Shown: positions 14,401 through 25,889 of the stretch, piece by piece
Layout: the number at the start of each line of letters is the position of its first letter
Numbering within the stretch: the stretch's first letter is position 1
NCBI GenBank assembly: GCA_051362555.1
Contig: CM120641.1
Span: forward strand, 44,088,401 to 44,152,400
Direction of reading: 5' to 3'
Source of the DNA: Lingula anatina
Lineage: Eukaryota > Animalia > Brachiopoda
Length of the DNA stretch: 64,000 nucleotides
Position numbers and translations under genes: made by a program
Notes under the pieces: generated by a model
What the model was told of the DNA's origin: nothing
Databases searched by the model: none
Seen by the model: only the letters and a program-made list of their open reading frames with translations

Positions 14401-16476
14401 GCAGTGACGAGCTCTCCGAGATTGATCAGTATCTGGATTATATTTTGACCACGCCCGTTATGGTGGCACTGAAAACATGCCTGAAGCAAAAAGGTAAATA
14501 GATACAGATATTTAGGGACAAAATATCAACGAATACGATCATTCTACAAACCCTGAAAAGCATACGATGCAAACTCCACTCTTCATCAAAACAATCACAG
14601 AACAACAGTCTCTTTAAAATTGTAATTGTAAAAAAAAAATAAATAAAAAAAATAAAAAAAAATTTTTTGAACATATCTCTATAACGACCTCTATTGGATA
14701 ACCGAAGTTTTCGACTAAAAAATCCTCTATATTTAAAGGGATAATAACTCTTCGTATGAGATCTATATTTCACAATGAAAACGTGAATAACTCATAGAAA
14801 TATATTGTATTCTGTTTTATCAAAAAACGGCAGTTATAGATATTATTCTGATATCTGAGCTTGTCTTTAGACCACGTGACCTCCATTGATGGCTATACTC
14901 TGTTAAAATCTCTTAAGAGATTTTAACAAAAAACCAAACTTTTTAGAAAAAAACCAGGGACTAACTTTGAATGTAAAAATGGATTCATTAACCATTGGTA
15001 AGTATGGGAAAATTGTTGTTTGCTCCAGGAAAACTTTTTTTTGACCGAAACGAAGAGTTATTATCCCTTTAAGAACAAGTTTTTTCATATCAAAGGATAC
15101 ACTAGTTCCGATTCTGCGTTCCGTGGTTTTCTCGATGACCTGTGGTTCCAGCTGTACCCGCGGTCATCCTCCGGCCCCGTGGACAGTAGCGGCTTCGAGC
15201 ACGTGATGGTCGGGGAGCTAAAGCCCTCGTCGGTCACCGGGTTTCACAACTGGTTCCGGTTTTATCAGCTGGAGAAAGTGGGAAGCTTAACGTACAAAGG
15301 ATTCCGTTCGTCAGTGGAAACATCGGTAGGTTACTAAGCAGTACGGATCCTTATTCTGGTGTTGAAGGCCAGTTTATTCTTTCTGGGAAACCAAATGTTT
15401 TCACAATTTGGACAATTTCTGCTCAACCGTCATTTGTAGTTAACTACTGTACAAGAGGCCTTACTGTATTCAATAAAGGTTAATTGTTTTTTCGGACTGT
15501 TACCACACAAGAATAAACCATATGGATGAGATGATTTTCGTTTGAAACAGACAGATAACAAAACCTAGGGTGTGGTTAAATTAACATTTACTACTTCTCT
15601 TCTCCACCGTATTTTCCAGCCCCAAGTTCTCAAAGTCCGCCTGGAGTGGTTCGGGAAGAGTAAGTCCCAGTCCAGTTTCTTTCTAGGGACCTCTCCTGAG
15701 TACGACATGGCTGTATACACTGTGTGCGCACTGGCCAGGAATAACAGCCGCTGTCCTATCGTACTAGCCGTAAGTGGTCCTTATGGACGACAGATTTTCC
15801 CGAATCCCAGTGTATTAATAAGGGGTACTGGAGGAGACGAGAATTGATCAGAATTGTGCCGGAATTGTGTGGAATTTCATGTCAGGTGGACATATAAACG
15901 TCTAAAAATTGTCACAATATTTTTATAAAGATACATCTTTGCACAGCAGTTGTGGATCGGTACTGTTCAGTTGTCAGTTGCGAACTACTTCCTGGTTTTC
16001 ACAAGGTCCTTCAAAGACTCTAAAACATCGTTTTAATTGCAGCACATACCATAAAACACCCCAAAATACTTAGATATGGGAATAACAGATTGCATACATG
16101 CAAAATTTCATTCAAATTAATAGCCTCCCGGGAATCGGGAATTCTTTCCCCTTGACGCTCTTTGTCGCGCTGGCGGTTGATGCAGCATATATTTCAAAAC
16201 AAATTGAGTGCAAATTAAGCACGATTTTTCACCCTTAAAATCTGTGACACGTTTCCATATCATGCCCCAATTATTTCTATAAGTATTTCTTTTCCATTGT
16301 TGGTCTCAGCAATTTAAAATTAACGGCAAGTCATTCCATGTATTGTTAGCGCCTACGTGTTATATACAGTTATCTTAATTTTTTTTTCATTTCAGGGGAA
16401 GTCTGTATCCATCCAAACCTATGACGTTGGACACAAATCAGGCCTCCAGATTGCCACCTCCTACCCCGCTATATAA
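8947..16476 (+). CDS. ENDOU: Secreted EndoU-family ribonuclease, copy 2, single SMB exon, ~328 aa
   Basis: Seven exons in frame: 8947-9016, 13346-13462 (SMB), 13962-14097, 14291-14493, 15096-15325 (SSGFEHVMVGE, GFHNW), 15620-15769, 16396-16476. No internal stops. Confidence 0.92.
9670..10260 (-). pseudogene. Degenerate Tc1/mariner (DD34E-type) transposase C-terminal half
   Basis: Minus-strand pieces: ADGQL*ARRG, VWVGVSHDEKLPLYVI, YREEIL, VQDNAPVH, PDLSVLEHAWDIIGRAV, EEWKRLPMQDLQNLVASCNTQCQAIIQ. These match Tc1 motifs QDNAPxH and SPDLNPIEHxW; frameshifted. Confidence 0.85.
11020..12002. mobile_element. 983-bp non-autonomous CACT(A/G)/EnSpm-like element
   Basis: Perfect TIR CACTGAGAATAAAAT/ATTTTATTCTCAGTG, 2-bp AT TSD, many subterminal GACTC/GAGTC motifs. 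Absent from copies 1 and 3 (catgaacgattggtc). Nested inside an older Kolobok-like MITE. Confidence 0.85.
14737..15068. mobile_element. 332-bp Kolobok-like MITE (TTAA TSD)
   Basis: TTAA-AGGGATAATAACTCTTCGT ... ACGAAGAGTTATTATCCCT-TTAA. Empty site (single ttaa) in copies 1 and 3. Older relatives at ~1861-2202, ~10752-12090 and ~21097-21437. Confidence 0.88.
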
Positions 16477-19234
16477 TAGAATCGTGAAGATTTGTCGATT
16501 TTTGGTCCTTTTGATTTCATTTGTTTGTGTCTAAATTGGTTGGAAATTTTATCAATCGCCTTCACTGTGAAAGATTTCAATCTGTATTTTAGACTTTTAT
16601 CTGTCTTAAAACACAACAACACAACACCAAAATTTAAGCACCATTCAAATTTCAGTACATAGTTAAAAGTTATATTTATAATATGTGAACTGGTTCGTGG
16701 TCAATAACAATCACAAATATTGAAATCTAACTGAATTATAGCACCATAAATGTTATGGCAATTCCAGTGTTCACTTGTATCTGGTTGCAATCTTCACACG
16801 TACATTTTATGAAACAAACAAGTAGGCCTTAATTTGGTTCCTGCAGACATTTGCTGTTATTAACAAATTTGGCACAAACTTTGAATTTTGCAGGTTTTGG
16901 AGTACCTTACAGGAAATCGTTTTACTTTTTACTTTTCTAAATCATGAAGCAATGGCACTAGATAGAAGATACTACATCTCTCTACACTGTTCATGATCAG
17001 TATTGAGTAGAACGTGAAATCAGAGAGAGGGCAATGCACTTGGCTGACTTGTCAAATTTAGACATCCAGACTTTCAATCGTACACCACATCCTTCAAAAG
17101 ACTGGTATATTTAGTGTTCGACTTGCGAAAAGAGTAAATTTTAGTACATCTTCTTGGATTTGAGAATCAGAATGGCTATCAGTTGACTCCAAAGCACCAA
17201 GTATGTCTTTTTTATCCTTAATTAAGCCATTTTGGTCTCTTACACTTGTTTCAAGGTCTTTCAGATGTTATGAAACATATTGTACTAATTAGACTACTTG
17301 ACGCATGTAAGTCTTTGTGACAACTGTAGCCTACATGTATATTGATTTTGGAGGCTTAAAATACTTTGCACTCATACGAAACAGATAATATCAAAATGTA
17401 TCTGCACTAGAAAATAATATAAACGGCGTATTGCTCATGTTAAAACAAAGATGTAATAATAGTTTCAAAATAGCGAATTATGCCCAATTTCAGAATGTTA
17501 TCTGGCGGCCATCTTGGATTTAAGGGATAAAATGGCCACCGATGGCCTCCATAATGGTAAAAATGAGTATTTTGCTCATAATTTAGTCCAATATCGATGG
17601 TACATAACGAAAAATTGCATTAAGTTATACTTGAATACGGGTTATCAATATCCATGGTTTTGCAGCGTTCACACACATATATCTTGAGTAGTCACTTAAA
17701 ACACCCTCTTTGTCCCTTCAAATCACCTTCTATCACCAAAACCAGATCAAAATGACTTTTGCACACTCAAAATAGTAGGAATCGATATATATCATGTATA
17801 TGTAGGTCAAACGCTTCAAAACTCAACATAAAATAGCAAAATTATGTCCACTTTCAAAATGGCGGATGGCGGCCATCTTGGATTTGAGGCACAAAATGGC
17901 CTCCAATTGCTTCCATAACATCAAACATGGGTTCCTTGTCCGTAATTTAGTCAGTTTTGGTAATCTATACACGTTTTTATCGAAAATTGATCGAAATATG
18001 AAATATTGTTTATTTTGGCACCTAATTTTCATAATCTATGCTCATTTATGCATCGATGGAGCGTGTCTCTCCGGATAAAAAAATTCTTTTGGTCCAAGGA
18101 ACATTGATGCCAAGTTAGACATTTGTATCCCTTAACAAGCCTACTATATGGGGAAATACAAAATTGAAAGACTTACATGCTTACTTTTTTATCCTGTCTC
18201 ATTATCTCTTCATTTTTCTTTCTTATTTTCCATAAGTTTTATTCTTTCTCAGTCCAGAAATCAATGTTTTCAGATTTCTTGCCTCTTCCTTAGAACATTC
18301 TTGACTTTCTGGCTTAGATTTTTGAAACAGCTCAACGGAAATGTGTACTGCCCGATTAAACTGTGCTATGTATAGTTATTTGACCTGATTGAGCAAGCTG
18401 TATGCAAACTGTTTATACCAAACTGACAGTTAAGATAAACATCTGGCTTGAAATGAATTTAGTCTATTGAAAGTTACAAGTTTATTTTAAACACAAGTCC
18501 GGCTTAAATTAATCTTAACATTGAGGTTTAAAATTTATATTTTATGCAGTTGTACATTATAATTAGATTTCAATCATTTGTCTAATTTCAATAATAATAA
18601 GAAGAAGAATAACAGCAACAATAATAAATGTAATGTTTTCACAGCATTATTTAAAAATATAAATCTGTTCATTCAGTCCTTTTTTATAGCTTTGAGGATA
18701 AATTAAAGCAGAAAACTAAAAATCATTTTGACAAACTCTTAATAAAAAAAAATATATATTTTTCTTTTAAGCCTAAAAATTGTAAGTAACTGATCGATAG
18801 ATAAGCACATGTGCTTCTCAGTTGTGAACAGAAACACTTTAATTAACTATTGGGTTGTTTATTGCAGTTATGTTACGCATAAAATGATGTGGTTGGGCCA
18901 ACGTATTACTGCCAACACCAACTACGTGCCAACACACCAACCATTGCTCTACGTTGGCCCAACGTATGCATGCAATCTGGGTAGTGGTTAGAAAAACATG
19001 CACTTAAATGCGTCCCGGAATAATAAATTATATAATAAATAGATAAATTAATAAAATGAATAGAAAATTTAAATATTCAACGCCATTCATTTTTCATTGA
19101 GGATTAAGAAATTATAAGATAGAATTATTCCAGTCTAAAAGACCCGCAAATCTCATATTTACCAAGAATGGCCTTATATTAATTAATATGGTTCACGGGA
19201 TGCGTAGTTATTGACACACAGAAACTGATCCAGC

Positions 19235-19824
19235 ATGGGACCTTTGAGAAGACTTGTTTCTCTCATATTACTGTCGTTGATTATAAACGCAAGTGCTAAC
19301 GAAGGTGAGGTTTATTAATTAACGGTGTGACTTTTTTATACGATTGTGCTAACCAATGTAAATGCTTTTAAGTCTTCGTTTTTATTTAATGTCTATGGTA
19401 TTCCCGATGAAATGATTTTAAAAACAATTTTTACAAAAATTAAAAATATACTGCAAGTATCTTTCAACAAAAACACCTCTTAAATTCATGTGCAATGGCA
19501 ATTATTTTAGCGATACAACTATGTTATTGTACATTTGCAAAAAATAAACCTCGCATAAAATCAACGACCTGTAGACTTGCTCTGCTGCGCCGCAGGTTTG
19601 AATTATAAATAAATATTGTTATTTTGAGACTGTAGTGGACTCTCGTTTCCATCCATGACATATTTTAGGGAATTGTATATGTTTGTTGGTTTCAGAGCTC
19701 TGTGACAGCCGCTGCGGTGCTTCACTAGACCGTGCCCGCTCCTGTCAGTGTAACAGTGCCTGTCAGAGATACGGTGACTGCTGTGAAGATTATGTGGACT
19801 GCTGCCTGGGTGGGTGCAATTGAA

Positions 19825-19867
<43 letters not shown>

Positions 19868-22800
19868 GGAGGGGTGGGGAGGGGGAAGTTTCGGGTAGCA
19901 CAACTTCTATACGGTGCAATGGGAGAGGTGAACACATTAACGCGTTTGGTTAAACAAAGGACGACTATATTTTCTTGAAAATAAAATGACCATATAAAGT
20001 GGTAATTTTGTCTGCTGAACACATAAAAGAATGCCATATTCTGATCTTCAAAATTTTAGACGGTAATCACTGTGTGACTTTTTTTATTCAATTGTGTCTC
20101 TTTTTCAACAAGGAACATTTCATCATGTTTTTAAGTCTTCGTTTTTATTTATTGTCAATGGGATTCGAGGGGCGGATCCAGGAATATTTGAAGGGGGGAG
20201 GGGGTCCACAGATGCAAAGCCGATCCGACCCCCCCCCCCCCCCACCCCCATATTGAGGATACCATGATGTTGCAGCGCGTCTTGCTTCATTGATGGGCGC
20301 ATTGTCCTGCTCTAAAGAAGTGTTTGTGGCTGGATTTGCCTAAATATATGCGCCCCAACAGGAATTCTTCTCTGTATCGTTCACTAATGAAACATCCCTT
20401 GAATGACGTACAGTGGTGATTTTTCATCATGTGAGACACCGACCCAGACAAACCTTCCGGCACCCTACACACGTGGGAGAACAAAATCGTCCTGAAACGC
20501 TTTCAATTGGTTTGGACCTTTCCGAACTCATAACTGACCATCTGCAAACATCTGCTCTGTACATAATTTGCCACAATAAAATGCTTGGTTGCCGAGAAAA
20601 TTAAGAAATAAGAAAGTGTTGCTTAACTTATTAGATGAGTGAATATGGGTCAATGCAATCATCAATTTATTTTTAACCTCCTTAACTCTCAAGATGAATT
20701 TGATTGAGGCGATATTGACAGGAAACGATAATAGGAGAATAGAAATTTGGGACAAGTGTAGTCAACAATACATACCTTTATGGGTGAGTTTGTTTGTTGT
20801 CTTTATTTGTATATTTTGCTCGTACATATACTTTAAAAATCAACGTCTGTCTAATTTTCATACGGTAGGCAATTGCAGTTAAAAGATTGTGCTTTTTTTA
20901 ATGCAATACAATTAATTTCCTGCAATATGGTGGTTATGCTAAAACTCCGCCGCATAATATTAAAGTACCAGTACCAATATCCAAAACGGCTGGAGTATAT
21001 TTATTTTTCACTAGGAACTTAAACGCTATCCGGGTATGCTTTTAACAGTAGATATGATAGATAGCGGCTTAAAGAACCTTGGGTCACATCCATGTTTTAG
21101 GGGATAACAATTGTCTGCATGAGGTTCATATATGTATTTCACAACAAAAATTGTAAACAACTAATGAAAAAAAATTCCACTTTGCCACCAAAGCCTCGGT
21201 TATTGCAATTATCTGTATTCCTTACTTGCCATCAGACACTATGGACCTTCATAGATGGCTATACCTCCGTAATGATCTCTTAAAGGACTATTACAAAAAC
21301 CAAACTTTTTAGGAAATCCGTGGACTTACTTTGAATGTTAGCAAGGATTCATGAACGATTGGTCAGTATTGGAAATTCGTCATTTACCTCAGAAAACCCT
21401 TTTTTGTTTCAAAAAGGAACAGTTGCTATCCTTTTAAACAGAATATATAGCGCCTAAATTTTCTTTGATGAAATTTGATTAAGAAGGTTTGATGTTTTTT
21501 TTTTCAAGAAGGTTTTAATTTTGCTGGATACTTGGGCAACGGCAGCCATATTCGTCCATGGAAATTTACCACAGATTCCATTTGAACACCAGACTGTTAC
21601 TTTGGCAGAAGCTACCTAAATCCACCAAATCAGTGCAACATCTGTATTTATACGAACAGAAGTTTTTAAAAATGACAATGGTATCAACCATGTTTATCCT
21701 TTTAAACTGTCAAAATGGACGAAACGTTAGAATGAACAAAGGAATTGAATACGTTATTGGAATGGTTACTACATTTAGATTGTAGGTTATCAGTAGAAAT
21801 ATTATTCTTCATTCCCATTTTCCTTTGCACTGTAGCATCAACATACCCTGTCTACACCTGTGAAAAGGATACTTTTTGCTGGTCGATATGGCTGATTCGG
21901 TAGCCCAGGTTATCACATACATGTACACTTAGACCCCATTTCCAGAGATTAGATCGATCTACTTTAGATCGACCTAACTCCCTGGGGGTTCACGCTAAAT
22001 AGCTGTCAGCCGAGCGGACACGAAACTTAATTACCCCCTTACAGCTTGTAGTAGGCGGGACGGACATTTAAGCCGGATTATCTGACAGTAATCTAGTGAG
22101 ACTCCCCGCAGGGATAGATCGATCTAAAAGCTCTGGGAATACAGCCATAGAAACTAATTATAAATGCTTAATTTCCCCCAATTCTGCGCAGAAACGCAGG
22201 GTCTGGAAAGGGGGCACAGAGGGCACGTCACCCTCCTCCCGTTCTCCCTTTTCCCAGAAATATGTGCAGAGGCGGATACAGGATTATTCGGGACCTGCTG
22301 AACGGTGCCATTTGGTACGGTTTAGAACTATGATTCAGCTAGTCAAAATTCTAATTACAAGAGGGGACCTGAAATCGAAGGGGGGTCAGGACCCTCTGAC
22401 CTCCCCCTCCAAATCCGCCACTGAGATTCCCGGTGAAATGATTTTAAAGACAATTTAAAAAAAATTAAAAACCTACTCATTCATGTGCAATCGCAATCAT
22501 TTTTAGCGATACAACTATGTTATTGTACATTTGCGAGAATTAAACCCGTATTAAACAAGCTTAAGAATAGGGAAAAAAACTGCAGCGTAATGGTTCCGGT
22601 TTCCAAAATGTTAAAAGAAGATGAAAACAGCGACCTATAGACCTGCTCAGCTGCTCGGCAGGTAAAAATGAAAAAAAAAATAAATAAATAAATGTTGTTA
22701 TTTTGAGACTCTGTAGTGGACTCTTCTGTTTTCATTCACGACATATTTTAGGATTTTGTATGTTTTTTTGTTTCAGAGCGCTGTAACGGTCGCTGCGGTG

Positions 22801-23576
22801 CTCTGCTAGACCGTACCCGCTCCTGTCAGTGTAACGACGAATGCTGTGAAGACTATTTGGAGTGCTGCCTGTGTGGGTGCAATATTGAGTGTAACAGGAA
22901 TGGAAGTCCGCTTCCCATTACTTTGTACGGGTGACATTCCTCCTATAAACTAATCCCAATATTCCAGCTAACCCTAATCTGTACTAATCATACGGGAGCC
23001 TGGACTTGCATTCATGTTACACCGGGAGTAAGGGGGGGATAGTTTTGGGTAGCACATCTTCTATGAGGTACAATGGGTGTAATGGGGGTGAACGCATTTA
23101 GTAAAACATAGGAGGACTATTTGAAAATATCTAATGTAAGTACAACGTGGTAATTTTGTCTGCTGAACGCAAAAAGGAATGCAATTTCGTCTTCTCCTGT
23201 TAATGGCGGGACCATTAAAATTCATACTTTTATCTAAAACTGCAATTGAATACAGTGTTGTGACTGAATATGTAAACAAAGTAAAATATACAATGGGAAA
23301 AGAGGGAAACTGTCGAAAATCGTATCGTGAAGTTTATTTAGCGCCCATAATATACCTCTTTGCTTGAAATGTAGTCTATTAATAGTTTCCCTTCAGACCG
23401 GCATTGTCCTGTCTTAATCACTGATGACGAGCTGTCACAACTTGCCGAGGAACTGTATGACGTAGACTCCAACAAAGCTGCTTCAAGTGACGTCATTGTG
23501 GAGGACCTCGGAGTACAGTAATTTCACTTACACATTATTTCTCATACACACATGCACACACACATACACTTGTAAG

Positions 23577-23610
<34 letters not shown>

Positions 23611-25302
23611 ACCCCCCTCTTTTTCTCTCTCCCTGTTGTTTTTTTAGACGAAAGTACAAACAAGAATGGACGAACTACTAAAACATTGCCATCTCTTTTT
23701 GACACAGGTTGTTCTACTATGTGAACGAGGCGTCGCTACTGCAGAAGCCATCTTACTCGCTGTTTTTTTCCCTTCTTGACAACTACAACCCGTATACTGG
23801 TCAGTTAGAGACCCTCAGCAGTGACGAGCTCTACGAGATTGACCAGTATCTGGATTATGTTTTGACCACTCCCGTTATGGTGACACTGATAACTTTCCTG
23901 AAGCAAAAAGGTAAATACATACAGATATTTAGCGACAAAATACCAACGAATACGATCATTCTGCATTACAATCCCTGTAAAGCGTACGATAGAAACTCCA
24001 CTCTTCATCAAAACAATCACAGAACAACAGTCTCTTAAAAACTGCAAATGTAAAAATAAAACAAAAATGCATTTGAATAGATCCCTATAACGACCTATAT
24101 TGAAAAAATGACATTTTCGTCTAAAAAAAATCCTCTATTTAAGAACAAGTTTTTTCATATCAAAGGATACACTAGTTCCGATTCTGTGTTCCGTGATCTT
24201 CTCGATGAACTGTGGTTCCAGCTGTACCCGCGGTCATCCTCAGGCCCCGTGGACAGTAGCGGCTTCGAGCACGTGATGGTCGGGGAGTTAGAGCCCTCGT
24301 CGGTCACCGGGTTTCACAACTGGTTCCGGTTTTATCAGCTGGAGAAAGCGGGCAGCTTAACGTACACTGGATTCATTTTGTCAGTGGATACATCGGTAGG
24401 GTACTAAGCAGTAGGGATCCTTGTTCTTGTGTTGAAGGCCAGTTTATCCTTTTTGGGAAACCAAATGTTTTCACAATTTCGACAACTTCTGCTCAATCGT
24501 CATATTTAGTTTACTACTGTACAAGAGGGCTTATTGTATTCAATAAAGGTTAATTGTGAATGTCTCGTTTTTTCGGACTGTTACCACACAAGAATAAACG
24601 ATATGGATGAGATGATTTTCGGTTGAAACATAACAAAACCCAAGGTGTGGTTAAATTAACATTTACTACTTCTCTTCTCCACTGTATAACTTTTGTTAGT
24701 GTATAATGTGATATTTTGAAACAAGAGAGGTAGATGGATCGCTCAGTGAACGGCAATAAAGCATGAATAACAAATAACAGAGTATAACTCCATCTGTTTG
24801 GTTTTTATTTTTCCAGCCTAAAGTTCTCAAAGTCCGCATGGAGTGGTCCGGAAAGAGCAAGTCCCAGTCCAGTTTCTTTCTAGGGACCTCTCCTGAGTAC
24901 GACATGGCTGTATACACTATGTGCGCGCTGGCCAGGACTAACAGCCGCTGTCCTATCAAACTAGCCGTAAGTGGACCTCATGGACGACAGATTTTCCCGA
25001 ATCCCAGTGTATTAATTACTCAGTTATTTGTATGAAGCTTAATTTGATTATTTTGTCATTTCAATTGAAGTTTTTTAAATTTTATTTTCATTTACTTTTT
25101 TTATAAAGCAGCGGTTAGGGATGCAATATAAGATCTTTTCCATTGTTGGTCTCAGCAATTTAAAATTAACGGCAAGTCATTCCATGTATTGTCCATGTAT
25201 TTTTTTTTTTTTTCATTTCAGGGGAAGTCTGTACACATCCAAACCTATGACGTTGGACACAAATCAGGCCTCCAGATTGCCACCTCCTACCCCGCTATAT
25301 AA
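19235..25302 (+). CDS. ENDOU: Secreted EndoU-family ribonuclease, copy 3, two SMB exons, ~354 aa
   Basis: Eight exons: 19235-19304, 19696-19809, 22777-22872, 23397-23517, 23708-23910, 24166-24395, 24817-24966, 25222-25302. Exon lengths identical to copy 1; catalytic motifs intact. Confidence 0.92.
20167..22423. mobile_element. Composite DNA-transposon insertion in an EndoU copy 3 intron, including the Tc1 remnant (~20250-20600) and a MITE (21932-22146)
   Basis: Near-identical to 931-3189. Confidence 0.7.
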
Positions 25303-25889
25303 TAGAATCGTGAAGATTTTGTCTATTTTTGGTCCTTTTGATTTCAACTGTTTGTGTCTAACTGTTTGTGGCTTGAAATTTTATCAATCTCCTTCACTGT
25401 GAAAGATTTCAATCTGTATTAAATTTTTAGATTTTTGTGTTAAAACACAACAACACAACACCCAAAAATTAAATACCATTCAAACAGTACATAGTTTATA
25501 GTTATATTTATAATATGTAAACTGATTCATGGTCAATAACAATGACAAATATTGAAATCTAACTGAATTATAGCACCATAAATGTTATGGCAATTCCGAT
25601 TTTCACTAGTATCTGGTTGCAATCTTCACACGTATATTTTATGAAACAGACTAAGTTCAAGTATATTTTGTTCCTGCAGACATTTGCTGCTATTAACAAT
25701 TTTTGTACAAAGTTTGAATATTGCAGTTTTTGGAGTAAATCATTTTACTCTTTACTTTTATAAATCATGAAACAATGGGACAAGATAGAAGATACTACAT
25801 CTCTCTACACTGTTCATGGTCAGTAAAACGTGAAATGAGAGAGAGGGGGAAATGCACTTGGCTGACTTGTCAAATTTAGACTTTCAATC

